NCBI GenBank assembly: GCA_020853575.1
Contig: JADYYP010000002.1
Span: 11,983-75,982 of the forward strand
Reading direction: 5' to 3'
Origin: Planctomycetota bacterium
Lineage (GTDB): Bacteria > Planctomycetota > UBA1135 > GCA-002686595
DNA length: 64,000 nt
A model generated the notes under the pieces. It was not told the DNA's origin, did no database searches, and saw only the letters and a program-made list of their open reading frames with translations. Within the stretch, counting starts at the first letter, position 1. Each line of letters begins with the position of its first letter. Shown in pieces: positions 27,209 through 36,430 of this stretch. The translations under genes were made by a program, and so were the position numbers.

Positions 27209-30121
27209 TCAGATCGACTGGATGAAGGCCAGGATGGCCTCGATGTCGCTGTTGACGTTGGCGCCGCTGAGCAGATCGGGTTGCACCTTCGAGGCGCCTT
27301 GCACGAACTGCTCGTGGCCGCGGATGTCGTGGAACTCGTTGAACAGCTTCTGCACGCCAGGGTAGTTCACGCCGTTGGTCCAAGCCGGGCTGCCGTAGAT
27401 CGGGCTCGAGCCGACGACTTCGGGGTCGACGATCGTCCGCAGCGAGTACGCCAGGTGATCGTGGAAGTACGGCCCGGTCGAGAACACGCCCAGCTTGGTG
27501 GGGACCGAGAACTTGCGCATGTCGCGCTGGAACACCTTCAACGGGCTCTGCGGATTCGCGGGGTTCGTCGGGCAGCGATAGCTGTTGACGTCGTCGCGCG
27601 AGAAGGGGTCGGCCTTGTCCGCATTGAGCGGTGAGTAGGTCTCGACGTCGATGTAGCCGTCCGCGTTGCGATCGGGATCGGGGATGCCGTTGTTGTTGAA
27701 GTCGACGTTCACGCCGCTGTTCACGTTGCGCACGTTGGCGTCCACGATGTTGGTGGCCAGTGAGACGCAACCCGGGTCGTACTGCGCCAGGTTTTCTCCG
27801 GTGGTCAGCATCGGGTCGAGGAAGTCGACCGTGAAGCCGCGCACTCCGCCGGCGCCGTCGGATTGCGCGTGGCACGAGGCGCACCCCGCGGCGCGCAGCG
27901 TCGGATTGAGTCCGGTGTCGTTGATCCCGAAGAACAGGTCGCGGCCGAACGCCGCGGTCGGCGTCAGCCCGCCGGTCAGCGGATCGAGGTTGGGGTTGAG
28001 CGGCACGGGCGTGACGTTGTGCGCGTCGACCAAGGCCTGTTGCTCGGTGTCGCTCAACACGCCGTGACCGCCGTTCTCACCGCCGAACATCGGTCCGGTC
28101 TCACCCATGTGGAGGCGCACGCCCTTCCACAGGAGCAGGCCCGTGCCGAGCGAGCCGCCGTACACCGGCATGGTGCTGCGCGGACCCGCCGGGCGTTGCC
28201 AGACGTTGCCGTCCTCGCCGCCCTCGAAATGGCACGAAGCGCAGGAGTTGTTGAACTCGCCGATCGTGCCCGGAGCTCCCGTCGTCTGACCGCGCGAAGC
28301 GTCCTCGAACAGCTCGTCACCGAGGACTTGCGAGTGCGTGTACAGGTCGGGCGTGAGCAGCGTCGGGATCTGCGCGTGCTCCTGCAGGATCGTGCGCGCG
28401 TTCCAATCGACGCGCAGCACCGAGACGGTGCGCGTGAGCTCGTTGGCGATGTACACCAGGGCGTCGTTGTTGGAGGTCGACGGATCCGCGACGAGCACCA
28501 TGCCCAACGGCAGGTCGCCCATGGCGGTCGAGGTGTCGAGCGCGGCGCGCTCGCTGAACTCGACGCGCGGCGGGAACACGGCCGCGAGCTGCATGTCCGA
28601 GCCGTTGACGTCGTACAGGAACAGGTCCTCCGAGCCGCGGTTCAGCATCAACGCATGCGTGCCGCTGGCGTCGTACACCACGCGCCCGGGGTGACCCGCG
28701 CGGTGCCCGAGCTTGTTGAGTCCGGTGCCGATGCGGTGGAAACGGATCTTGAGGCCGTTGGAGTAGTGCGCCGGCTGGCCGTTGTCGAAGATCAGTGCCT
28801 GGGCCTGGGTCACCACGCCCTTGAGGCGCGCGAGCAGCGGGATCGGGATCGCGACCTGACCCAACGGATTGGCCGGGAAAGCCAGGCGCGGGTGCACGTA
28901 CTTCGTGCCCAGCGGACCCGCGGGGACGTTGGCCTCACCGCCGATGTAGACGATCGCCGACTGACCCGGGGCGAGCCCCTCCACCTGCATCACGAGCGAG
29001 GTACCGACGATCGGCTCGCCGACACCGCCCAGCGTGGCGATGCCCACCGGCGTCGCGTCTCCACGTCCGTAGGCCGCGAACTCCGCGGGCGTCATCGAGT
29101 CGAGCAGCTCGTTCTCCAAGCTGCGCGATTGATCGCCGGGCTGCGCGAACGAGTTGGCCGCGGTGTCGATCACGCTCAACGCCGGATAGACGCGGTTGGC
29201 GAAGGCGCCCGGCAGATACGCCGGGAAGGCGAAGTTCACATCGTGATTGATGTTGTGCAAGAGGTGCGGCACGAGCGCACGCGACCCGTCCGGCGAGAGC
29301 GCGATGTCCTCGAGGAAGCGCGGCAGTCCCTGGCTCTCCACGGTCCGCACCGCGACCGGGTTGTAGAAGGGATCGAAGGGGTAGGTGTTGAGGCCGATCT
29401 TGGCCGAGAGGCTCAACCCGGTCGGCGAGCCGTTGGCATCGAGTGCGACGTCGAGCACCGACACGAAGGGCGAGCGGTTGTGCGTGACGTAGATGCGCGA
29501 GCTGTCGGAGCGAATCGTGAAGCCGCGCGGCTCACCGAGGTCGGCCATGCCATCGCGGTTCGAGTCGGCGTCGACGATCGTGTACGGCGCCGGGATGTAC
29601 GAGAGGTTCGCGAGGTACTGGTAGGACGCCGCCTGCGACAGGTTCGAGGTGCGGAAGAGCAGTACCGCTCCGGTGCGGAAGGCGGTCACGGCGAAGTACT
29701 TGCCGTTGGGCGCGACGGCCACGCCGTAGGGCTCGGTGCCGACGTTGGTCAGTGTCGTCGCGACCGTCTTGGACGCGGTGTCGATCACGCTGAGCGTGCC
29801 GCGGATCTCGCTGCCCGTGAAGCCCAGCGCCATGTTGGACGTGACCGGCACGTTGCCGCGCTGGTTGGCCACGAACACACGCGTTCCGTCGGCGCTGAAG
29901 GAGAGTGACCGCGGGCGCACGCCGACGTCGATCTCGTGGGTGGCCGCGCCGCTGACGGTGTCGATCACCGACACCGAGTTGTTGTCGCGGTTGCACACCC
30001 AAACTTCGTTGGGGTTCGTGGGATTGACCGCGATGGCGGTGACTTGGGCGTGTTGCGCGCTCGCCAGCGGCGCGAGCAGCGCTGCGGTGGCGACGACGGC
30101 ATCCATCCGGATGAAACTCAT
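27209..30121 (-). CDS. secreted beta-propeller (YVTN-type repeats) fused to a di-haem cytochrome c peroxidase/MauG-like domain
   Basis: ORF 27209..30232 trimmed to MSFIRMDAVVATAALLAPLASAQ (CAT 30119-30121). N-terminal repeats include VWVCNRDNNSVSVID, RVFVANQRGN and PYGVAVAPNGKYFAVTA. Two CxxCH haem motifs are present, CASCHFEGGEDGNVW and CASCHAQSDG. Confidence 0.75.
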   Translation of the reverse strand: MSFIRMDAVVATAALLAPLASAQHAQVTAIAVNPTNPNEVWVCNRDNNSVSVIDTVSGAATHEIDVGVRPRSLSFSADGTRVFVANQRGNVPVTSNMALGFTGSEIRGTLSVIDTASKTVATTLTNVGTEPYGVAVAPNGKYFAVTAFRTGAVLLFRTSNLSQAASYQYLANLSYIPAPYTIVDADSNRDGMADLGEPRGFTIRSDSSRIYVTHNRSPFVSVLDVALDANGSPTGLSLSAKIGLNTYPFDPFYNPVAVRTVESQGLPRFLEDIALSPDGSRALVPHLLHNINHDVNFAFPAYLPGAFANRVYPALSVIDTAANSFAQPGDQSRSLENELLDSMTPAEFAAYGRGDATPVGIATLGGVGEPIVGTSLVMQVEGLAPGQSAIVYIGGEANVPAGPLGTKYVHPRLAFPANPLGQVAIPIPLLARLKGVVTQAQALIFDNGQPAHYSNGLKIRFHRIGTGLNKLGHRAGHPGRVVYDASGTHALMLNRGSEDLFLYDVNGSDMQLAAVFPPRVEFSERAALDTSTAMGDLPLGMVLVADPSTSNNDALVYIANELTRTVSVLRVDWNARTILQEHAQIPTLLTPDLYTHSQVLGDELFEDASRGQTTGAPGTIGEFNNSCASCHFEGGEDGNVWQRPAGPRSTMPVYGGSLGTGLLLWKGVRLHMGETGPMFGGENGGHGVLSDTEQQALVDAHNVTPVPLNPNLDPLTGGLTPTAAFGRDLFFGINDTGLNPTLRAAGCASCHAQSDGAGGVRGFTVDFLDPMLTTGENLAQYDPGCVSLATNIVDANVRNVNSGVNVDFNNNGIPDPDRNADGYIDVETYSPLNADKADPFSRDDVNSYRCPTNPANPQSPLKVFQRDMRKFSVPTKLGVFSTGPYFHDHLAYSLRTIVDPEVVGSSPIYGSPAWTNGVNYPGVQKLFNEFHDIRGHEQFVQGASKVQPDLLSGANVNSDIEAILAFIQSI

Positions 30122-30439
30122 GGGGACGTGCTCTCGAGCGGACTGAGGGTGGATCGAAACCGAGCGAGCGGCTCCGTGGAGGCGTCTCGAGCCGCGCAGC
30201 TTCCAGCTTGCGCGCGAGGGCCACGGATCCACTCCAGCCTATCCGACGCGGCCGCATCACGGGTGGTTCCGCGGCCTGCGACGAAGGTCGTACGATTCCG
30301 GCCACCTCACGCCCGCGAGCACCGTTGCCGGAAGGAACTGCGCGACGGACTTGCGCGGACACGTCGGACTTTTCCTGGGCTCCGTGGTCGGCGCGCGCCC
30401 GAGCCCGTGCCCGCCGCGGACCGGCCGCGATGCGCCACA

Positions 30440-30455
30440 TGGCACCGGCGTTGCT
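30440..30455 (+). promoter_or_regulatory. sigma-54 (-24/-12) promoter element upstream of fliK
   Basis: TGGCAC-CGGCG-TTGCT is a perfect match to TGGCAC-N5-TTGCW. The GC of the -12 element lies 16 nt before ATG 30470. Confidence 0.6.
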
Positions 30456-30469
30456 CGACCGAGGCCACG

Positions 30470-31717
30470 ATGGAGAACCATCCCATTCTCCGTTCCTTGG
30501 TAGCTGATGGTAGGCCGCTCGGCACGGGGCGGCCTGCCACTTCCTCCCCCCGGAACGAGGCGCAGAACGAGCGCTTCGAGGAGCGGCTCGAGGACGCACA
30601 GCGAGCCAAGGACGAGCAGTCCAGCAGCATCGACGAGCGCGGCGCCACGCGACGGCGGGATGCGCGCGCGCGACGCGCGGCGGCGAGCGCCCGCGAACAA
30701 GCGCCCGATCCGTTGAGCTCGTCACGATCGGCGCGCGAACCGCAAGCGCAGGACGACACACAACCCGGGCTCGAGGCGCGCGACGCGCTGCTCCAAGACA
30801 CGTTGCTCACGGGCGAGGCATCGACGCCGGCGAGCAGTGCGCCAGCCCCGGCGGATCCCGCGTCGCAAGAGCCCTTGGCGAAGACAGTCTCGGGCGATGC
30901 AGCGGCCGAGCAGACCAGCGAGGAAGGGCACCCGGTCGAGGTCGAGCTCGAGGCCGCGACGCCCGCGGTTGGCGCGGATGGCGCGCACAAGCTGGGGACG
31001 AACGGTGAGCGCCCGACCGCCAAGGCCGCACCAACGCTCGCGGACGACGACGGTGGCACGCCGGCACTCGAGCGCTCGAGCGCGGACGAGCTCGCGGCGC
31101 TCCCCGAGCCAACGACGAACGAAGTGGCCGTCGAGAGCGAGCCCGGCCTGGTCGCGAAGCGTCCCGCGCCGGAGCTGTCCAAGCTCGACACGACCAGCGA
31201 GCCGCAGAGCGTTCCGGCTGCACCGCGCGGCGCAGCGGAGCGCGTGCTCCAGGGCGCGAGCGAGCCCGACAAGAGCGCCGCCGCGCGCGAAATTCCTGTG
31301 AGCGCCGATCGCGCCGCCGACATCCTGCGGCAGATCAAGCTGCAACTCTCGCCGGAGCTGCGCCAAGCGACGATCCAGCTCGAACCGCGCGAACTGGGTC
31401 GCATCGCGATCAAGGTCGCGCTGCGCGGCGACGCGGTGCACGCGCAGATGCGCGTCGACAAGCGCGAGACGCTCGAGGCTCTCGAAAAGCAGGTACCCGA
31501 GTTGCGCGCGGCGCTCGAGCGCGCCGGCTTCGGCCGCGAAGTGCAGCTGCAACTCAGCCTGAACGAACAGCGCTCGGGCGGAGACGGTGCGCGCGAGACG
31601 CCCAAGCGCTCGCTGAGCACGCTGCGCGGCGTCGAGCGCCCCAGCGAACCGCGCGCGCTCCAAGAGGCCCTCGCCCGACGCATCTCGAATCCCGGCGGCG
31701 TCGACACCTACGCCTGA
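30470..31717 (+). CDS. fliK: flagellar hook-length control protein FliK
   Basis: ORF 29936..31717 trimmed to ATG 30470. A long acidic, Pro/Ala-rich, disordered N-region is followed by a C-terminal Flg_hook domain (ADILRQIKLQLSPELRQATIQLEPRELGRIAIKVALRGDAVHAQMRVDKRETLEALEKQVPELRAALERAGF). It lies directly upstream of flgD-flgE. Confidence 0.75.
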   Translation: MENHPILRSLVADGRPLGTGRPATSSPRNEAQNERFEERLEDAQRAKDEQSSSIDERGATRRRDARARRAAASAREQAPDPLSSSRSAREPQAQDDTQPGLEARDALLQDTLLTGEASTPASSAPAPADPASQEPLAKTVSGDAAAEQTSEEGHPVEVELEAATPAVGADGAHKLGTNGERPTAKAAPTLADDDGGTPALERSSADELAALPEPTTNEVAVESEPGLVAKRPAPELSKLDTTSEPQSVPAAPRGAAERVLQGASEPDKSAAAREIPVSADRAADILRQIKLQLSPELRQATIQLEPRELGRIAIKVALRGDAVHAQMRVDKRETLEALEKQVPELRAALERAGFGREVQLQLSLNEQRSGGDGARETPKRSLSTLRGVERPSEPRALQEALARRISNPGGVDTYA

Positions 31718-31747
31718 ACCCATCAACCTCGGCCGCACACGCTCCCC

Positions 31748-32215
31748 ATGAACATCTCCGGCATCAGCGCCAACGATCCGCTCACGTCCTCGAGTGCCCA
31801 GGGTTCCGCCCTCGGCAAAGACGCCTTCATGGACCTGTTGGTCACGCAGATGAAGAACCAGGACCCGCTCGAGCCCACCAAGAACGAGGACATGCTGGCG
31901 CAACTCGCGCAGTTCCAGTCGCTCGAAGAGATGAACGACCTGAACGACAACATCGTGGGACTCGCGGTGCTGCAGCAGTCCAACGCGCTGCTCGATCAGC
32001 TGACCAGCTCCAGCGCGCTGATCGGCAAGGACGTCAAGTACGTCGACCCCGAGACCGAGTCCGAGGCCTGGGGCAAGGTCGAGTCGGTGCGCATCGTCGA
32101 CGGCCTCGCGCAGCTCCAGATCGGCGACAAGAACATCCCGCTCGCCAACGTGGTCGAGATCGGCACTCCTCCGGCGACCGGCGATTCCACGTCCGACAGC
32201 GCGACCAACGGCTGA
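31748..32215 (+). CDS. flgD: flagellar hook assembly (capping) protein FlgD
   Basis: 155 aa with the FlgD N-terminal signature LGKDAFMDLLVTQMKNQDPLEPTKNEDMLAQLAQFQSLE. Confidence 0.9.
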   Translation: MNISGISANDPLTSSSAQGSALGKDAFMDLLVTQMKNQDPLEPTKNEDMLAQLAQFQSLEEMNDLNDNIVGLAVLQQSNALLDQLTSSSALIGKDVKYVDPETESEAWGKVESVRIVDGLAQLQIGDKNIPLANVVEIGTPPATGDSTSDSATNG

Positions 32216-32245
32216 CGCACACCACGGCACCCCAAGAACGACAAC

Positions 32246-34168
32246 ATGCCCAGCTCACTCTTCTCCGCGCTCTCCGGACTCCAGGCCCACGAGAACTGGA
32301 TCTCCGTGATCGGTAACAACCTGGCCAACTCCAACACGCCCGGCTACAAGTCCGCGCGTGCGGTGTTCAGCGATCAGTTCAGCCAGACACTGCGTTTCGC
32401 GTCGCTGCCCTCCGGCAGCCTCGGCGGTCGCAACCCGATGCAGCTCGGGCTCGGCGTGCAGCTCGCGGACATCGGGCGCAACTTCGACCAAGGCGCGCTG
32501 ACCAACACCGGGCGCACGTTCGACCTCGCGCTCAACGGTCGCGGCCATTTCATGGTCACCGATGGGACCAATACGCTCTACACGCGCGTGGGAACGTTCG
32601 GATTGGACGCCACGAGCCGCCTGGTCGACCAGCGCACGGGCTTCCGCGTGCTCGGGCTCAACGGCCAGCCGATCGACCTCGACACCACCTCGCTGTTCCC
32701 GCCTTCGGAGACCTCGCAGATCAGTTTCGCGGGCAACTTGCCGGCGACGATCACCGGTCCGCTGGCGCAGGTGTTGACCAGCTCGGCGGCCTTCAAGGAG
32801 GGCACCAGCGCGAGTTTGACCGGCAGCGACAACTCCGACTCGTTCAGCGTGCCGGTCGGCGAAACGTGGACGATGGAGATCGTCGTCGACACAGGAGCGC
32901 CGCAGATCGTCAGCCTGACGGGCCAGGCCACGCCCTATACCGCGCAAGACGTGGCCAACGCGATCAACGCGCAGGTCAACGGCGTGACCGCCACGGACAA
33001 CGGCGGCGCGGTCCAGATCACCACCGATCGCACCGGTGCCGCGCGCAGCATCAAGATCGTCGCCGGCTCGACCAGCCAAGACGTCGCGGGGCTGCTCGGA
33101 CTTTCGCTGAATCAAGTCAGTGGCACCGAGAGCACCGCGGCGACCACGACCGAGCTCAACGACTTGCCGACGAACCTGGTCGACTACGTCGACGGTGACG
33201 TGATCGAGATCGCGGGCCTCGACACCGACGGCACGAGCGTGCTCGCGTCCTTCGTGTACGGCGCGGGGAACGACGGCACGACCGTGGGCGACCTGTTGAC
33301 CTTCATCGACAACGCTTTTCCCGAGGCCACGCCGAGCTTCGATCCCTTGACGGGGCAGGTGACGCTCAACGCCGACACGACGGGCACCACCAGCCTCTCG
33401 ATGACGCTCACCGACCAGTCCGGTGTCGGCAGCACTGATTGGCCGCAACACGCTTTCATCACGACCACCTTGGGCACCGGGCCGGACACCACCACGACCT
33501 CGATCGAAGTCTTCGACTCCGCGGGCACGTCGCACACCGTCACCCTGAGTTTCGAGCGCCAGGACGACGCGTCCTGGAACATCATCCCCAACTCGTCGGA
33601 TGGCTCCGTGTCGGGCTTGGTCTCGGGCCTGCGCTTCAACTCCAACGGATCGATCGCGGCGCTGCCCGCGTCCTCGAGCTTCCAGATCCAGTTCCCCGGC
33701 CAGAGCTCGCAGACGATCTCGGTCGACTTCGGCACGCCCGGACTGTTCGACGGCGTCACGCAGTTCGGCCAGGGCGCGAGCGTGTTCGCCGACTTCCAGG
33801 ACGGCTACGGTGTGGGTGAGTTGTCGAACATCTCGGTCAACAGCGACGGCGACATCCAGGGCTTCTACACCAACGGTCAGATCCGCGTGCTGGGCGAGCT
33901 CGGCATCGCCACTTTCGTCAACGACAACGGCCTGCGCGAGACCGGTGACAACCTGTGGACCGAGACGCCCAATTCCGGCGTGCGCACGGTCTCCAAGGGT
34001 GCACAGGGCAAGGCCGGTCAGGTGACCGGCGGCGCGCTCGAGGGCTCGAACGTGTCCGTGGCCGAGGAGTTCGTGCGCTTGATCGAGGCGCAGCGCGGCT
34101 TCCAAGCCAATGCGCGCGTGATCACGACCACCGACGAGGTGCTCGCCGAACTGGTGAACCTGCTGTAG
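32246..34168 (+). CDS. flgE: flagellar hook protein FlgE (long form with a large central insert)
   Basis: 640 aa. The N-terminus is MPSSLFSALSGLQAHENWISVIGNNLANSNTPGYK. The C-terminus is GALEGSNVSVAEEFVRLIEAQRGFQANARVITTTDEVLAELVNL. Confidence 0.9.
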   Translation: MPSSLFSALSGLQAHENWISVIGNNLANSNTPGYKSARAVFSDQFSQTLRFASLPSGSLGGRNPMQLGLGVQLADIGRNFDQGALTNTGRTFDLALNGRGHFMVTDGTNTLYTRVGTFGLDATSRLVDQRTGFRVLGLNGQPIDLDTTSLFPPSETSQISFAGNLPATITGPLAQVLTSSAAFKEGTSASLTGSDNSDSFSVPVGETWTMEIVVDTGAPQIVSLTGQATPYTAQDVANAINAQVNGVTATDNGGAVQITTDRTGAARSIKIVAGSTSQDVAGLLGLSLNQVSGTESTAATTTELNDLPTNLVDYVDGDVIEIAGLDTDGTSVLASFVYGAGNDGTTVGDLLTFIDNAFPEATPSFDPLTGQVTLNADTTGTTSLSMTLTDQSGVGSTDWPQHAFITTTLGTGPDTTTTSIEVFDSAGTSHTVTLSFERQDDASWNIIPNSSDGSVSGLVSGLRFNSNGSIAALPASSSFQIQFPGQSSQTISVDFGTPGLFDGVTQFGQGASVFADFQDGYGVGELSNISVNSDGDIQGFYTNGQIRVLGELGIATFVNDNGLRETGDNLWTETPNSGVRTVSKGAQGKAGQVTGGALEGSNVSVAEEFVRLIEAQRGFQANARVITTTDEVLAELVNLL

Positions 34169-34209
34169 TGAGCGCGCGGGCGATCCAGCCCGCCACAGCG
34201 CACTGACAC

Positions 34210-34242
34210 GTCGCGGCCGCGGAACTCGTCCGTGGCCGCGAC
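34210..34242 (+). terminator. hairpin after flgE
   Basis: A 9-bp stem, GTCGCGGCC (34210-34218) pairing with GGCCGCGAC (34234-34242), encloses a 15-nt loop. It is followed by GCTCGTTTC, only a short T-run. Confidence 0.4.
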
Positions 34243-34370
34243 GCTCGTTTCACTGGGCCTCGCGAGCGAGAGAAGTACGGCCAAGACCCCGCGACAAGCG
34301 CGCTGGAAAAGCCCACACTCTGGCCACGTCTCCAGTCCATTCGCGACCCCTCGATTTCCGTCCATCAACG

Positions 34371-34715
34371 ATGCGAGTCACCATCCGTTCCCCGCACGTC
34401 ACCCTCGAAGACTCCGAGCGTGAGCATCTCTCCGAGGCCGTCAAGCACGCCCTGGCCCACGTCGAGAGTCGCGTGACGTCGGTGCAAGTGCACGTGGCCG
34501 ATCTCAACGGCCCCAAGGGCGGCGTCGACAAGCAGTGCGAACTCGTCGCCAACTGCGGCAAGCTCGGCGTGCTGCGCACCGACGCGACGGCGGGCGAGAT
34601 CCGCGCCGCGGGCGACAAGGCGGTCGCCAAGCTGCGCCGCGCGGTCGAGCATGCCGTCGATCACAAGCGCGGCGAGCGCAAGGCGCGCGCTCCGCATCGG
34701 CGCACCGAGAAGTGA
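34371..34715 (+). CDS. short HPF/RaiA-family ribosome-associated protein (paralog 1)
   Basis: 114 aa. The layout MRVTIRSPHVTLEDSEREHLSEAVKHALAHVESRVTSVQVHVADLNGPKGGVDKQCELV matches the short HPF/RaiA-like family (D-x-N-G-x-K-x-G-x-x-DK-x-C). The C-terminal tail is basic. Confidence 0.6.
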   Translation: MRVTIRSPHVTLEDSEREHLSEAVKHALAHVESRVTSVQVHVADLNGPKGGVDKQCELVANCGKLGVLRTDATAGEIRAAGDKAVAKLRRAVEHAVDHKRGERKARAPHRRTEK

Positions 34716-34751
34716 TGCACCGCGAGCGCTCGGCTCGCCGGCACCGCCGAC

Positions 34752-35651
34752 TCAGGTGAAGATCTCACGGCGCGCCGTGGCGCAAATCTCGGCCACCGCC
34801 GGGTGGCGGATGCGCCGCTCGATGGTCACCGCGTAGTAGCGCTCACGCACGTCTTCGACGGTGCCGATCGAGGCCGCCGCGTACTGCGCGCGGATGTCCG
34901 CCTCGAGCGCCGCAGGCCCGGGGAAGACACCGACGCCGTCGGAGGCGAGCACCTTGAGCAACGCGCTGTCCTCGACCTCCGCGCGCACGTCGGGTCGGAT
35001 CGCGAGGCTCTCGAACCACGACTCGAGGTTGCGGCGCAAGGCCGTGTTCTCGCCGGGCAGGACCATCGGTGCGCCGTCGAGGGAAGTCGGGAAGCCGCGG
35101 CGCAAGCTGGACGCGAGCTTGCGCGGAGCGAAGAAGCCGACCGGTGACTCGCCCAAGATGTGGTTGAAGGCGCGCACGCCGCTGGTCGAGGTCACGGGCT
35201 CGTCGCTGAGCACCAGATCGACCGCGTGACGCGCGAGCTCGCCGAACAGGCGCTCGGGGCGGTCCTCGCGGCACACCAGGAGCGTGCGCTCGCGTCCGCG
35301 CAGCGCGGGCTCGAGCAGGCGTCGCGCGACGGCCTTCGGCAACGCGTCGGCGATGCCCACGACCAGTCGCGCGGGGCGGCCCGTCGGTCGCCCCTTGACG
35401 GTGTCGACCAGCTCCGCGCCCAGCCCGAAGATCTCATCGGCGTAGCGCTGCACGATGCGACCCATCTCGGTCAGGACCAGGGTGCGGCCGCGGCGCTCGA
35501 ACAAGCGCTCGCCCAAGGCGCGCTCGAGGGCCTTGACCTGCGCGCTGACGGTGGGATGCGCCACGCGCAAGCGACGCGCGGCCTTGGCCACGCCGCCCTC
35601 GCGGGCCACGTGGCGGAAGTAGTCGAGGTGGTTGTAGTTGAGCCAGACCAT
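34752..35651 (-). CDS. LysR-family transcriptional regulator, NhaR-like
   Basis: ORF 34752..35663. A start at MVWLNYNHLDYFRHVAREGGV aligns residue-for-residue with the E. coli NhaR N-terminus (MSHINYNHLYYFW). The HTH is RLRVAHPTVSAQVKALE. It is divergent from an operon encoding two cation antiporters. Confidence 0.8.
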   Translation of the reverse strand: MVWLNYNHLDYFRHVAREGGVAKAARRLRVAHPTVSAQVKALERALGERLFERRGRTLVLTEMGRIVQRYADEIFGLGAELVDTVKGRPTGRPARLVVGIADALPKAVARRLLEPALRGRERTLLVCREDRPERLFGELARHAVDLVLSDEPVTSTSGVRAFNHILGESPVGFFAPRKLASSLRRGFPTSLDGAPMVLPGENTALRRNLESWFESLAIRPDVRAEVEDSALLKVLASDGVGVFPGPAALEADIRAQYAAASIGTVEDVRERYYAVTIERRIRHPAVAEICATARREIFT

Positions 35652-35778
35652 CGTGCCCCACATGTAGAGAAAACCTACCGATCACGTCCACCGATTCCGC
35701 AGTTTCGACGGACACGCTCCCGACCTACAAAGGCGCCGTTCCCAAAACACCGGCCCACGCTGGGCCAAGGAGACGAAC

Positions 35779-36126
35779 ATGCTGACCGAGATCCGCGCCT
35801 TGCACCTGCAACTGACCGAAGCCCTGCGCTCCCACGTTCTGCGGCGTGTCGACTTCGCCTTGGGTCAATTCGGCGAGCACGTGCGCGCCGTCCACGCGCG
35901 TCTGCTGGACCTGAACGGGCCCCACGGCGGCGTCGACAAGCTGTGCGTCGTGACCGTCGAAACGCGCGGCCTGCGGCCGATTCGCGCCCAGGCCGTGCAC
36001 TCGAACCTGTACGCGGCCATCGACGAGGCCACGGGGATCGCGGGTCGGCGCATCGCGCGCGCGCTCGAGCGTCGCCGCGAACGGCGCGTCGACGCCGGTC
36101 GTTCGCACAAGCGGAGGATCAAGTGA
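35779..36126 (+). CDS. short HPF/RaiA-family ribosome-associated protein (paralog 2)
   Basis: 115 aa, preceded by AAGGAGA. It has the same architecture as 34371..34715 and the same motif, LLDLNGPHGGVDKLCVV. The C-terminal tail is basic. Confidence 0.6.
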   Translation: MLTEIRALHLQLTEALRSHVLRRVDFALGQFGEHVRAVHARLLDLNGPHGGVDKLCVVTVETRGLRPIRAQAVHSNLYAAIDEATGIAGRRIARALERRRERRVDAGRSHKRRIK

Positions 36127-36407
36127 ACTGTCCGCGCTGCTCGACGAGCTTGACCGAACACGACCGCGAGGGGATCACCGTCGATCGCTGCCAGCGGTGC
36201 CGCGGGGTCTGGCTCGACCGCGGAGAGCTGGAGAAGCTGCTCGCGCGAGCGAGCGACGAGCAACACGACGACGACGACCATGGAGACCACGACCATGAAG
36301 ACCGCGACTGGAAGCGCCGCTTCGACGATCATGGCCCAGACGCCGATCACCAGCCCCGTCGCTCACGTCGCGGCTGGATGGGTTCGCTCGGCGCGCTGTT
36401 CGACTGA
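36123..36407 (+). CDS. zf-TFIIB-type Zn-ribbon protein with a His/Asp-rich tail
   Basis: This is the in-frame tail of shadow ORF 35160..36407. The GTG at 36123 overlaps the preceding stop (GTGA). VNCPRCSTSLTEHDREGITVDRCQRCRGVWLDRGELEKLL is the classic CPxC...CxxCxGxWxD ribbon. The tail reads DEQHDDDDHGDHDHEDRDW. Confidence 0.7.
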   Translation: MNCPRCSTSLTEHDREGITVDRCQRCRGVWLDRGELEKLLARASDEQHDDDDHGDHDHEDRDWKRRFDDHGPDADHQPRRSRRGWMGSLGALFD

Positions 36408-36430
36408 GCCCGAGAGCCCGTTCTGAATCC

